NCBI GenBank assembly: GCA_964035545.1
Contig: OZ037768.1
Coordinates: 7,348,741 to 7,412,740 of the forward strand
DNA: 64,000 nt
DNA from: Bugula neritina
Lineage: Eukaryota > Animalia > Bryozoa
Reading direction: 5' to 3'
Positions within the stretch are counted from its first letter, which is position 1; each line of letters opens with the position of its first letter. Positions 1-11,207 of this stretch are shown here, one piece after another. The notes beneath the pieces are model-generated. The model did no database searches, was not told the DNA's origin, and saw nothing but the letters and a program-made list of their open reading frames with translations. The translations under genes and the position numbers were made by a program.

Positions 1-1716
1 AATGTTTTTGCCCTTTTACTTCAACTCTTCAATATATCTCCTATCCATGTTACAAGTCTATAAACATTGATACCTACTTGCTTCAAGCTGGGGGAGCTTT
101 AGCTCTTACAGTTATGAGTAATGTTGTCATGGAAACATGAGTTTAGTTTAAAAACATACAATTTAAAAGTCATGCAGGCGTAATATAGCTTATCACATTA
201 TTATATATAGTAACAATGCCATTCTTAAAATAGGCGGATCAGAGCTGAAATCACAACTTCCTCGGTTTGCTGAATTGCTTTTGTAATAATTTTGTATATT
301 ATTGACAGAAAAATCGAAGACTGTTACAGAACCTTACAACCATTTTAAAAAATATTCAACTTATTTGCCAACAGGCTTTTAAAAGTTAATTATCTGATTT
401 AAGCAGTTGATGGGTTGTAACTGATAACTTAGTCAGAAACGTAACAGGTTATGGTGAACTGCGAAAAATGACTTGTTTTTAAATAACAAGGACTTATAAT
501 ATTGGTATGATAATACTTTTCAAAAATATAAGTCAACCAACACTACTATAATAGAGTTATTGCAAAGCATGCATGGAAAAATAGTAAAAAATATTATAAT
601 GTGTATGGAAAACATGTTAATAATAGTGCTGCATAGGGCTGCATTACAATGCAATATAAATCATTTCTTTATTATGTAGTTGAACAGACTATACTAGCCA
701 TGAAGCAATGCTAATTTGTAATTCTAATACATAATTACTGTAGTTTAAATAATCTACTATTGTGCAGATAACTGCCTTTAGTATTAAATAAAATTAGTAG
801 ACAAGCAATTTTTGTTGGCCTGCATAAACAAAGAGAATTAGACTGATACTCCTATGCTTGTATCCTACAACATACACCCACGGCTTGGGATTAGACCCAG
901 ACAACATAATATAAATATGTTAGGCTTGGTATACAGAACCTAGCAGACAATGGCACAAAAGTGCACCAAGTATTAAAAATGGAAATCTATAGAAGCAGCA
1001 CTGAGTTGGAGGGCGACTGAGTACAGAGATTGCATAGCTGTGATTTTTCTAGCTTGCAAGTCTAAATGACCACTATCTCAGTGTTGCTTCCAGCAATTTC
1101 CACCAACAACTGAATTATTGGAAGAGACAAATAATTAAATCTAATTGGGGGTAGACCATAATATTATAATATAAAATTATAAATATATAATATAATAAGT
1201 ATTATCGACCATAATAAAATGATTATAATTAAATTTTCTGATCCAGACCAACGTTTTAAAGTTAGAAGGCTCAAACCCATATCTTTCAGCTTTAGTTACA
1301 GTTATAGTTACTTGGGTTAGATTGGTTTATGAGCATATAAAATATGTTTTGCTATACATTACATGACCCTAAGAGCAAATTACTGCTACAATAAATACAA
1401 CTAATAAAATATTGTGTAAATCATCTTATAAACATTCAGTAAGTTTAATTGCAAAGCCGGCATCTAGATTATTGGCATAATTCATGGAATAATACAGTCT
1501 ACATATATATGTATAAATTTATAATTGTTTGATATTTAGCCTTAAAGAAGCAATTTATCAGGATTAATCTGATTTACTGCCATATAATTGAAATTTCTTG
1601 TAATTACTTCAAAATTAGGCAAAATAAAATGCTAATTTACATTCTTTCTTTTTTGGAATAAAATCAGACTAAGCTTTTATATTAATTTACGGAAAGATAT
1701 ATAAAAATCAAGTAAC

Positions 1717-1933
1717 GAGAGCAGCTGTGGTGTAGGTGTTAAAGCGTTTGCCTAGTAAACATGAAGCCATGGGTTCTAACCCAACAAAGGCTATTGGTGA
1801 TGTTAGGAAGAGCATCCAGTCATAATTGCTCTTGCGCTTCATCTGTATAAATCCTTAGCCCTATTTAGCAAAAAACCTTTCCATCATAAATTATTTTCTC
1901 ACAGGGATGGCGATTATAAACTAGCATGAGTTT
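1717..1933 (+). mobile_element. tRNA-derived SINE, copy 1
   Basis: A-box-like TGGTGTAGGTG and B-box-like GGTTCTAACCC. The core TGATGTTAGGAAGAGCATC.AGT.ATAATTGCTC is shared with the copy at 2675. Flanked by a 19-bp near-direct repeat TATATAAAA(A/G)TCAAG(T/A)AAC (1698-1716 / 1934-1952), consistent with a TSD. Confidence 0.7.
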
Positions 1934-2674
1934 TATATAAAAGTCAAGAAACACTAGTATTAGCTGCTAAAACTGCTGCTCTATATTACTGATAATTGTT
2001 GATAAAAAGTAAAGTTTATCAAATCATTGATGGTTAATACACCTCGGATACTAACAACTGCACTCTGCAGATTTCATGCATTTCAAGTGTGAGCTGACAA
2101 GTGAGAAAATACAGCCACGATTATAAAGTATAAATAATTATTTGTTAGTACTGCCTTTATGACGTTCTTTCACTTAACACTTTCTAGTGCCAGCAGAAAA
2201 GTCAATACTTACTAATCTAATCAACAGAAAGTTTGGTGATACATTATTGTATTATGTAATGCAGAAAATGTACAACAATAATATGGGGCTAAAATATTTA
2301 TCTTATACAATGCATTCATGGCATATTTTTGACAATAAGCAAAAACAAGGTTTCAAAATTGCGATGAGCTTATATTGCTTCAACTGGTAGCCATTATAGG
2401 ATCAGGTTTGTATCTTTTTAAATTGGAGCAGCTAGTCTAATCTAAGGTCGAGTTCTTCAATGAAATTCTATAGGCTAGACCCTACAATCTTTGTTATGCC
2501 TAAAAGTACAATAATATAATTGGTATGTGATTCAACAATCCTGAAAAGATGCCGCATATGTATGAGGCTTGCAACAATTTCTGTAACAAGTTTAGTTAAT
2601 ATAAAAATTAGTCTACTGAATATTTTAAGGTATTAAAATATTAGTTTTACTAAACTTATTACATACCTGTATCT

Positions 2675-2886
2675 GGCAGCCATGGTGTAGTGGTTAGAAC
2701 GCTGGCTGAGTGAATACAAAGTCAGTAGTTCAAGCTCAAACACCAGCTTGATGTTAGGAAGAGCATCTAGTTATAATTGCTCCTGTCCACAATTAAAAAA
2801 GGTCCTAAGGGCTAAGCCTACTTTAAAAACTCTTTTTATTAGGTGTTATCACAGAGATGTTGACAATGAACTAGTTGTTTTTATAT
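2675..2886 (+). mobile_element. tRNA-derived SINE, copy 2
   Basis: GGCAGCCATGGTGTAGTGGTTAG (tRNA 5' end/A box) and AGTTCAAGCTC (B box). Same central core as the 1717 copy and a similar 3' part (TCACAG.GATG...AACTAG...TTTTATAT). Confidence 0.65.
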
Positions 2887-4871
2887 CTGGTATGGCTGAT
2901 AGCAATACAATAATACTTTCTGTGAACTACGTATACTCAGATATGCTTAAAAGTTTCTATTCCTGTGAAAACCTCTCAAGAGTTTTAAGCCATATATAGA
3001 CTGCATCTTTTACCAAGCTGGCAACACGGTTTAGAGAATCTCTGCTTCCAACACTAGAGCAATTTTGATCATAGATGTTCTTGCTAACATAACCAACAGC
3101 CCTGCCATTACTAAATATAAATAGGAGAAAAATGAAACAGTTAAAATTATAGCCTAAAAAAATATATATTGCAGTCTGTTGCCACTGCTATTCTAGAATC
3201 TAAATAGTGATTAGCATATTGTGTATGATGAATGGGAGAAATTATTAGCTCAGGTTGTTGTATTGTAAACATGACCGAAACAAAGCGTAATGATTCTACT
3301 AAGTTTTAATGAAAAGTTATCTACATGAAAAGATCCATGATGTATGTGCTAGTAACTGATTATTGTATACCACAGTTGCTTTATTATCTTTCTCTTGATA
3401 TGTTTATTAATCTATTTTAGTTGAAATGGCCTCACCTATTGGCCACAAAATTTTTAAAACAGCCCAACAGTATTTCGATAATAGACAATTTTTTTCAGGG
3501 TGATACTATAATAATGAAAATTAATAATAAAGTAAAATCTATCTATGGCTATGCAAGTTTTGACATTTAACAGTTGTTTGATCTATTTTAATTTGAAATA
3601 ATGTCATATATCAATAAACGAAAACTTAATATGAAACAGTTATTTGCACAGCAAATGATTTGTTAAGGAAAAGATGACTTTTAATTATGTGAAAAGTGAA
3701 GCATCGAAGTAAGAGATTGGAAAACTAAATAGGCTACTATAAAATAAAATGTGAAATACTGCGTATATAGAGTTATCCTACCCAATTCGGATAAGTTTAC
3801 TACTGAAAGATTATCTATCTCAACTATAGTAGGAAGATAAATCAGAACGGACAAATCAAAATACTATTATTATGAGCTCATTTCAAGTTCAAATTATTGG
3901 CTTTAGTAAAAGCTATAGAATATAGGGTTGTGCTACTCATAAGTAAAAAACTTATGCTAATAATTTTAGTTTTACGCTGGTTTTTTCGATGATTGGCTAT
4001 TAGAATAAGCATTCATTATTATTATTATAGCTGTAAGCATAATTAGTATTGCTATAAGTATAAATATTAGCACTCATTATACATTTAATGTTATTATGAT
4101 TACCTTTCATTCTCACTAGGCGAATCGGAATTGATTGTTCACAAAGTGAAAAGCTTTTGACGTTTTGTTTGAGCTACATTACGCTTTACAATTACCATTA
4201 GTATTACTATTAGTATTACTATTACCTTTAGTTTTACATACCTTCACCATTTGTCATACTTGTCATACAGCTTGAATTTGTGCTGCATTCGTCTTCAAAT
4301 TGACTTTGATAGTGATACTGATAGTCATGCACTTACAGTTACAGGGATAATATTAATAATTATAATAATGATACTGATAGTGATAGTCATAGTGATACTG
4401 ATAGTGTCAGTGATAGTCAGTGTCAATTATTCTTAAATTAATAGTTGAACTTGATAGCTGGTAGTGATACTGATACTCATAATGATACTGTTAGTCTAAG
4501 TCAGTGTCATGGTGATATTCATTGACGTTGGATTTGATACTCGCCACTCGGTCTCATCGTCATGGAGTAGGACTATATTAATTATTAATATATATCTATG
4601 AATATTAATTTAATATTCATAGATGATAATATTACTATTACTATTGGTCGATATTCAATTTCATGATAATTATTTATATTTAATTTCAGTTTGATAGTCA
4701 TACTCAATCTCATACTGATATTTATACTAATACTTATACTATAGTCAATGACAATATCATTATGATTATCATTATGATTATTATGAAAGTCATTACGATA
4801 TCAGAAGTTTAGTGTTACTCATACTCATAGTGATAGTCATTACTCACTAGTGATTAGTCATTACTGGTTAC

Positions 4872-5324
4872 GGGTAACGGTTATTTCGTACACAAGTCGT
4901 TTTGTACACAGGTTGTTTTGTACACAAAATGAATAATAAATTAATCTACTGGATAACCACTTGAAGGATGCTAGTTTACTTATTTATTGCATCCCAGCAA
5001 GCATCTTTCACACTTCCCATGACTGTGTCACCTATTGATCAATGTTTTGTATTAATCTGTAATGATTATCTATTATGATAAATGTGTTGATATATATTTT
5101 TATATGATTATTCATTTATTGAACACGCTACTATTTTATTTTTTTTTTGGTTTTATTTTGACCAATGTTTTTATATTAAATTAATCTATTAGCCATTAGT
5201 GTATTTATGTACTAATATATGATGCATACACCAAGTAATAAATATAAAAAAATATGTATTTTAGTTTATTTATATCGGTGTGTAAGAAACGACCTATCAG
5301 GTGTGTACTAAATGACCTGCACCC
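4872..5324. mobile_element. MITE (non-autonomous DNA transposon), family A copy 1
   Basis: Imperfect TIRs GGGTAACGGTTATTTCGTACAC ... GTGTACTAAATGACCTGCACCC, subterminal GTACACA repeats, and CTGGTTAC duplicated at 4864-4871 and 5325-5332. A homologous copy lies in the opposite orientation at 56058-56586. Confidence 0.75.
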
Positions 5325-7926
5325 CTGGTTACGAATACAATAAATGAATAACTATCATAATGTAACAATAAATAAAAGAATTGGTTTTACATAAAATTAA
5401 TTATTTATTGAGACAATTTAATAAAATTGAATCAACAAGTTTAAATGTATCATCATTATAATTATTTTTTATTTTTTTTTTACTTATAACTTAGAGGGTT
5501 TATTGTAATGTAGATAATCATAATTACTTTAATGCTAAGACTAAGTATAATAGCTGTGGCATAGTGATATTAATAGCTATTATTATTATATTTAATAGTA
5601 ACATCTAAACATAAGTTCAAATTTGTAAATGTATAGCACTAATTTAAGAAAAACACATTAGTTATTTAAACACAAACTGCTGACTTGAATTACATATTTA
5701 TTTATAATTGTATAAATTGATTATTACAAGTAAATATGAATTTATCAAATTGTGTATCATTTTAGAATAATCTAATGATTATTATGGCATGCTATAGTAT
5801 TAATGATATAAAGATACACTGAGGCTCATGTTTCCAGTAGCCTCTACTGCACACTGTATATTTATCAGCTACCAATAATACAATATAGCTTATATTTGCC
5901 ATTTGTAGAGTGTTCTATGCAGTGAGTGTTGTATGCACAATAATTTAGATTAGCTACTTCAAATAGATTACGTCTATTTATACACATTATGGCATTGGTT
6001 ACCAACTTATGCTGGAGCTCATATACACACTGGTTTATTATTTCAGTCGACTAGCAGGAGGTGAAGGGAACATCTTAGACCTATCTGTGTTTTATGGCTA
6101 GTGGTAAGTGATAAAGAGCTAAATTTGTATTCCAGTGACTGGTTTACAACCCTAATTAATATCTTTACATAAACTAGAATAGTTGCTAAATGGTGGGGAA
6201 ATAGATTATGTAGCTTTCATTTACATTTAACACCTATCTACTATCTACAAAGTTAAGTTTACTAATACATATACTACTGCCGCCATAAAGTACATTTCTG
6301 TTGGTCGAGTTGAGAATTGATTTGCTATAGTGGAGCCCCCAAAAGAAGCATTAATATTGCCTAGTTATCCACACATGACATGTTCAGTTAGAAATGACAC
6401 TCTGATTCAGGTGCTTTCTGAATGAACTACATTGCAGTTTAGTAAGCAAATTGAATGGATTATAAATAATATTTCATTGCTTATTAGCTAATCAATCGAC
6501 TTATTACAATAATTCAATTGTTCTGTGCTCTATGATCGTATAATTAGCTGAAAAACAAATACTTAGCCTTGAAAGGTTGCTACTGAATGTCAACATCATA
6601 AACGATAGCAGATGGCCGGACAGAACTTGTTGGATATGTATCTTTTACTTGATATAATAAGTCGTTCAGATAAGCTGGTCATATCTCTGAAATAAAATAT
6701 TTGCCATCAGCTAGATAATTGCTATGTGTTGGAAGGCTTATGAAATGTTTATTCATAACGGTCTCAGTTCTTTTACTAGTTTATTTCACATTTTCACTTC
6801 ATGATTAAAAAATTGAAGCAAGTTAGTTTTATATTTATGACCTTGTTTTGTTGGGACAAACTTAGCAGCTGCTGTACTTAATATACAGGATATAATATGA
6901 TGGAGTGTTTATGCTGTGTGCTGATGTAGCTGCTGCCATTATATTAACTTGCTTCTATGGCCTTTGACTTTTAGGCTAAAGGTTTTGGATTTTATGGTGT
7001 GATTTTAAAAGGTATTGTAAACCATTTTCACATTTTGTTTCGTGTACCTGTTCACCTGCTTGGTGGAAGTTTATAAAACTAGACTTTTCTTGTTGTGAAA
7101 ATCGTTTGGGTGGTAAAATAAAGATAAATTACATGAGTTATTAAACAAACATATTACTTCAACGTGTAATGATCATAAATTTGTTGTATGAAATTATTAT
7201 CAAGTTAATGATGAAGTAGTGTATACGGAATCTTCCAAACTTGCTAATTGGTAACCATATTTAAGTTACAACAAGAGTTAATGTTGACCTCTTGAATTGA
7301 GCATTTCAAAACATAGTATTGGGAAAGACATGGTCTTCTGTGGCAGGTAGACCGCTGCTGAACCTGTACCTCCCCTCCAGCAGTTGTTCTGCACCACTAA
7401 GTTATCATCTAACTTCATACATGTATAACATTGTGTATGTGACATAAATAACTGCAGATCTAGTTGGTGTCTTTGTGCTGACCTATACCAGAAATTCCCC
7501 AGAGTCAGCGCTCAAGCATTATTATACTATTTCCAAAGGACATAGGGAATTTGTCTAGTTGTATGCAATGAACTAAGAGTTATAGTTCAATGGTTGTATG
7601 GCTCTACTCTTGTAGCAGATTGCATAATCAAGGTGTGCCCCACTTGATAATTGATATTCTTCTTGCTCATATTTCTTAGAATACAGCTTTTGTGATAGTC
7701 TAAGGCTATTATCTCTAAACAGTACGTGAAATGGTTTACAATACGATGTGTACATAGTGTAATGGAATTTTGAGAAGTTCGGATCATGTTCACTGGTTAC
7801 AAGAGGGGAATGTAGAGTGTTATGCAAGCTGCTATAGCTTATTATAGCTGCTGTGAATGAGGTAGCTGAGAAGCCGACCCTGCAGTGACCTGAATAATGT
7901 TGCCAGCACATTGTTGACTTACTCAC

Positions 7927-8027
7927 CCCTGGCAGAGGGCTCAAGTCCCTGGCAGAGGCTCGAGTTCCTGCAGAGGGCACAAGTCCCTGGCAGAGGGCTC
8001 AAGTCCCTGCAGAGGGCACAGGTCCTG
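7927..8027. repeat. GC-rich minisatellite, ~5 copies of a ~20-bp unit (CCCTGGCAGAGGGCTCAAGT)
   Basis: Tandem units with small indels, read directly from the sequence. Confidence 0.85.
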
Positions 8028-9347
8028 TTGCAACTGGTTATTGCAAGAATTTCAACTTCTTATCAATTCAAGTATAATAATTGTATCAACCCATCCACTC
8101 TGGTAGATGAGAAGAAATTTTTATAGCTATTTATAATTTTATTCTACAAACTATGCCACTACACATCATCTCGAGTGTGTGTGAAGAGTGTAACACCAAG
8201 TAGGTGGGTTGTATGCTCCTTATCTAGGTGCATTCTTCAGTCACTTCAGTCTGTGGTGATACCATCATGTTATTCGCCTCCACATCGCTACTCGTACAAG
8301 TTGAAGCATTTTGCTCTGCTCCAACTGCACTGTTATTTTGTTGTAATTTGAGGGGAAATGTTTGCTTTTCAACATAGAAGAAGCTCTGCTCCGCCAGCTG
8401 TGTACAGAGGTAATGGCTTGCATCAGTTAACTGTTGAATATATTTGTTGCACACATCATTATAATATATCAATTGGTATATAATAATAATAATATACCAA
8501 TTAACCTATACTGTTAGTTAGGAACTTGTATTGTATAAAAATTGTGAATTTTAATTTGCTGCTGTCTGATTGAAAGGTTGTTAAACCTCTATTATAAACT
8601 GTGAAATTTCAACGTTTCCTTTCCCTTTCCAACAATGACAAAGTATCAACAAATGACTGTTATTTATGTTCTCTTCAGAACAGTTCTTAGTATTGTGTGA
8701 AGACTGGTTAATAATTGGGTGTGATAGTTGATTTATTGAACAAACATGATAGGATATACTAATACTTTAGTTTTCTCTTCTCAAGTACTGCTTTTAGCCT
8801 TTGATTGTGCCTTTTTCATCTGTAAGAGAACAGAGATAAGAAGTTTTGATATTTGTTGCATTTACTAAACTTTTTTTATCAGACAGATAAGGGGATTAAG
8901 TTTCCCAACTTTTCCGTCCAATAGAGTCTTACAAACAACAAAATACATTGTTATATGTAATATTTGTGCTAGTGGATGGTTAGCTCTCTAATAGCTGTGA
9001 CCTTTATTTGCTATTAGATGAAGAATGGTATTGTAATCTTCAAGCAACATGGAAGTTCCTTTTTTATTCTTATTCAAAACATCTCCAGCTTTTTTTTACA
9101 CAAAAGCAGTATGTGTGCATCGCCTCATGTGGTGACTATCGCTTTTATGCTACAAGTTTTTGTGTTTCTCTATTTTGTGCAGTGGGATACTATTATACTC
9201 AACTACAACTCTTTGCATACCAGACATCTCTTATAGTCTAGATATGATCAACCTAATGCCATTAACAAGACCCACTTCCTTTCTACCATTTCTATATTCT
9301 ATATATGATTCATAGCATAGTACCTGTTTAGCATTGCGTGGTCTTTC

Positions 9348-9615
9348 TACTTACTCTACTATAGTACTATATAACTCTACTCTACTATACTATACTGTAT
9401 ACTATACACTACTATGCTGTACTGTACTATACTATACTATACAGTATACACTGTACTTGTACTATACACTACTATATACTATACTATATTATATTATACT
9501 ATACTGTACTATACTATACAGTATACACTGTACTTATACTACACACTACTATATACTATACTATACTATACTATACTATACTATACATTGTACTTATACT
9601 AAACGCTACTATATA
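9348..9615. repeat. (ACTAT/CTATA)n-type degenerate microsatellite, left half of the Polinton target site
   Basis: Runs of ACTAT interspersed with CACTAC/CTGTAC variants. The same repeat continues right of the element (25355-25470), including the shared CTAAACGCTACTATATA unit. Confidence 0.9.
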
Positions 9616-9797
9616 AGTAGTATAATAAGCGCCTCTACGGCTATGGAAGTAAGCATCTCGTATCGGCCAATTTGTCAACATAGCGTAGACTCTATGGCTA
9701 TGGAAATTAGCATCTCGTTAACTATGTGAGCATTGTAAGCCTTAAAGTTGACAGGTGGTAGCTATTAAATTTAGCTTACAGTGAATACACCTTTTAA
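9616..9797 (+). repeat. Left terminal inverted repeat (182 bp)
   Basis: Reverse complement of 25147-25354 except for 2 substitutions and a 26-bp indel. Contains two ~29-bp internal direct repeats (9633-9661, 9690-9718). Confidence 0.95.
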
Positions 9798-9995
9798 GCA
9801 ATTACTGGAAGGTGGATCAATGATTAGTTTAGCTGTATATCCTTGTCACTAACTTTATAAGTAACAAAATTTACTCACTGGGCTGAGAGTTATACAGTTT
9901 GCGAGTCAAAATTTGTGTGTTTTTTGGTATAAAACATCACCATTCTGAAATTTACATCATTCATCGTTATATGTTTTGAGCGCAAAGGTTAATCA

Positions 9996-10511
9996 ATGAT
10001 GACAGAAGTAGAAAATTCTCCCTTGCAAAATAAAGATCCTATATTTAATGAACAAGATGCAAATGTGGCTGAAGACGAGTTAGATGTGGCGAGAAAAGTT
10101 GTACATAATCGGAATACACTCATTAATAAAGTTTCGACCAGGAGAGATAATGCAAAGAATGACTGGAGCTTTTCAGAACTAAAAAAGAAACCTATCGCTA
10201 TTATCCTGGTAGCACTATTTTTATCAATGAATGTAATCAACATAGTTATGAGCGGTAATGGTAGCTTTTCTGGAAAGATGTTTTCAACTAATTATACTTT
10301 AGACAGAATGTTCAATAACTGCACAAAACACTTCGAAATGACTGACAATTTAAAACTAGCTGTTTGCAACACTAAAGTTCACGGGGATTTTATAACTATA
10401 CAATATTTTTTCTTGAATGGTAATATGTCTCAGAGTGATGCGTCTTCACCATCTAAGCTGTTAACAGTTTTGACTAAACACATTTTAGAAAATAATTATT
10501 ACGGAATGTAA
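9996..10511 (+). CDS. Polinton accessory ORF, 171 aa, predicted single-pass (type II) membrane protein of unknown function
   Basis: KKK followed by the hydrophobic stretch PIAIILVALFLSMNVINIVM; four N-x-S/T sequons downstream; TATAAAA at ~9928 and AATAAA at 10541. Confidence 0.7.
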   Translation: MMTEVENSPLQNKDPIFNEQDANVAEDELDVARKVVHNRNTLINKVSTRRDNAKNDWSFSELKKKPIAIILVALFLSMNVINIVMSGNGSFSGKMFSTNYTLDRMFNNCTKHFEMTDNLKLAVCNTKVHGDFITIQYFFLNGNMSQSDASSPSKLLTVLTKHILENNYYGM

Positions 10512-10728
10512 TGTTTTTCTGTATACAACTCATAGTTTATAATAAAATGTTAAATGGAAACAAAAAACATGTCTTATGGTCCAACTCTATTTGCAACTCC
10601 ATTTTTAAACTTATAACTTGACACAATTTTTCTGAAACTCAAAAAGCAGAAAAAAGATAATTAACCTTATGCTAATGATGTCTGAAACTTTGACAAAGTA
10701 AAAATTAATATTAGCAAAAATTAGGAGG

Positions 10729-11110
10729 TGACACAGCGGTTTCCAATTTAATCAATGGGAAGTAAAACATAATAAAATCTTGTATAACCTACGTAAACTG
10801 ATATAATATCGCCCAGTAATTAAACCCTAGATGGGTGGATTGTATTTAAAATTTAACAACTCAATTCCTCATTATAATTAAAAATCGGAAAATTTTTCAG
10901 CTAAGATGGATGACACGGCAATTTCTAATTTACGGATGGGAAGTGTCCTAGTTGAAGTTTAAATACATATGCAACTGATAAAACACGTATCACCTACGTA
11001 AACTGATATAATATTGCTTACGTGAGTAAACCTTAAACCGGCAGATTACAATTAAAATGTTACCACCCAACTCCCTATAATAAAAAAAGGAAAACTTTTA
11101 GTTAAGATAA
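10729..11110. repeat. Degenerate tandem duplication (~2 copies, 180-205 bp) upstream of the spliced gene, rich in TACGT motifs
   Basis: GTAT.ACCTACGTAAACTGATATAATAT at ~10782 and ~10987; TGACAC.GC..TTTC.AATTTA...ATGGGAAGT at ~10730 and ~10911. Confidence 0.75.
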
Positions 11111-11146
11111 ATTTCATTTACGTAGGAATAAATTACAAAATCTCAG

Positions 11147-11185
11147 TATATAAAAGCCTCGAAAAACTTCTATGTTTCATCGCAT
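11147..11185 (+). promoter_or_regulatory. TATA box (TATATAAAAG) with Inr-like TCAT ~30 bp downstream
   Basis: Canonical TATA 61 bp upstream of ATG 11208, which has good Kozak context (CACCATGG). Confidence 0.65.
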
Positions 11186-11207
11186 CTCAAACCATACAGC
11201 AAACACC

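Noticed and set aside
1717-1800. Functional tRNA genes at ~1719 and ~2675
   Set aside because: A and B boxes are present but the cloverleaf stems do not pair well, and both continue into a shared SINE body.
930-3115. Exon-like minus-strand segments (~3014-3110, ~2045-2120, ~940-1110)
   Set aside because: Plausible splice sites, but I could not build a consistent ORF or recognise a product.
7330-7350. ATGGTCTTCTGTGGCAG|GT as the FAM107 first coding exon
   Set aside because: The donor is phase 2 whereas the 25609 acceptor needs phase 1.
5800-9250. Possible decayed transposon or gene on the minus strand (ORFs 7573-7980, 8224-8472)
   Set aside because: Slightly GC-richer, but stops occur in all frames and I recognise no domain or termini.
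9334-9729. Tyr/Thr/Ile-rich ORFs (9334-9729, 9414-9602, 25314-25505)
   Set aside because: Translations of the ACTAT microsatellite and TIR; no coding signal.
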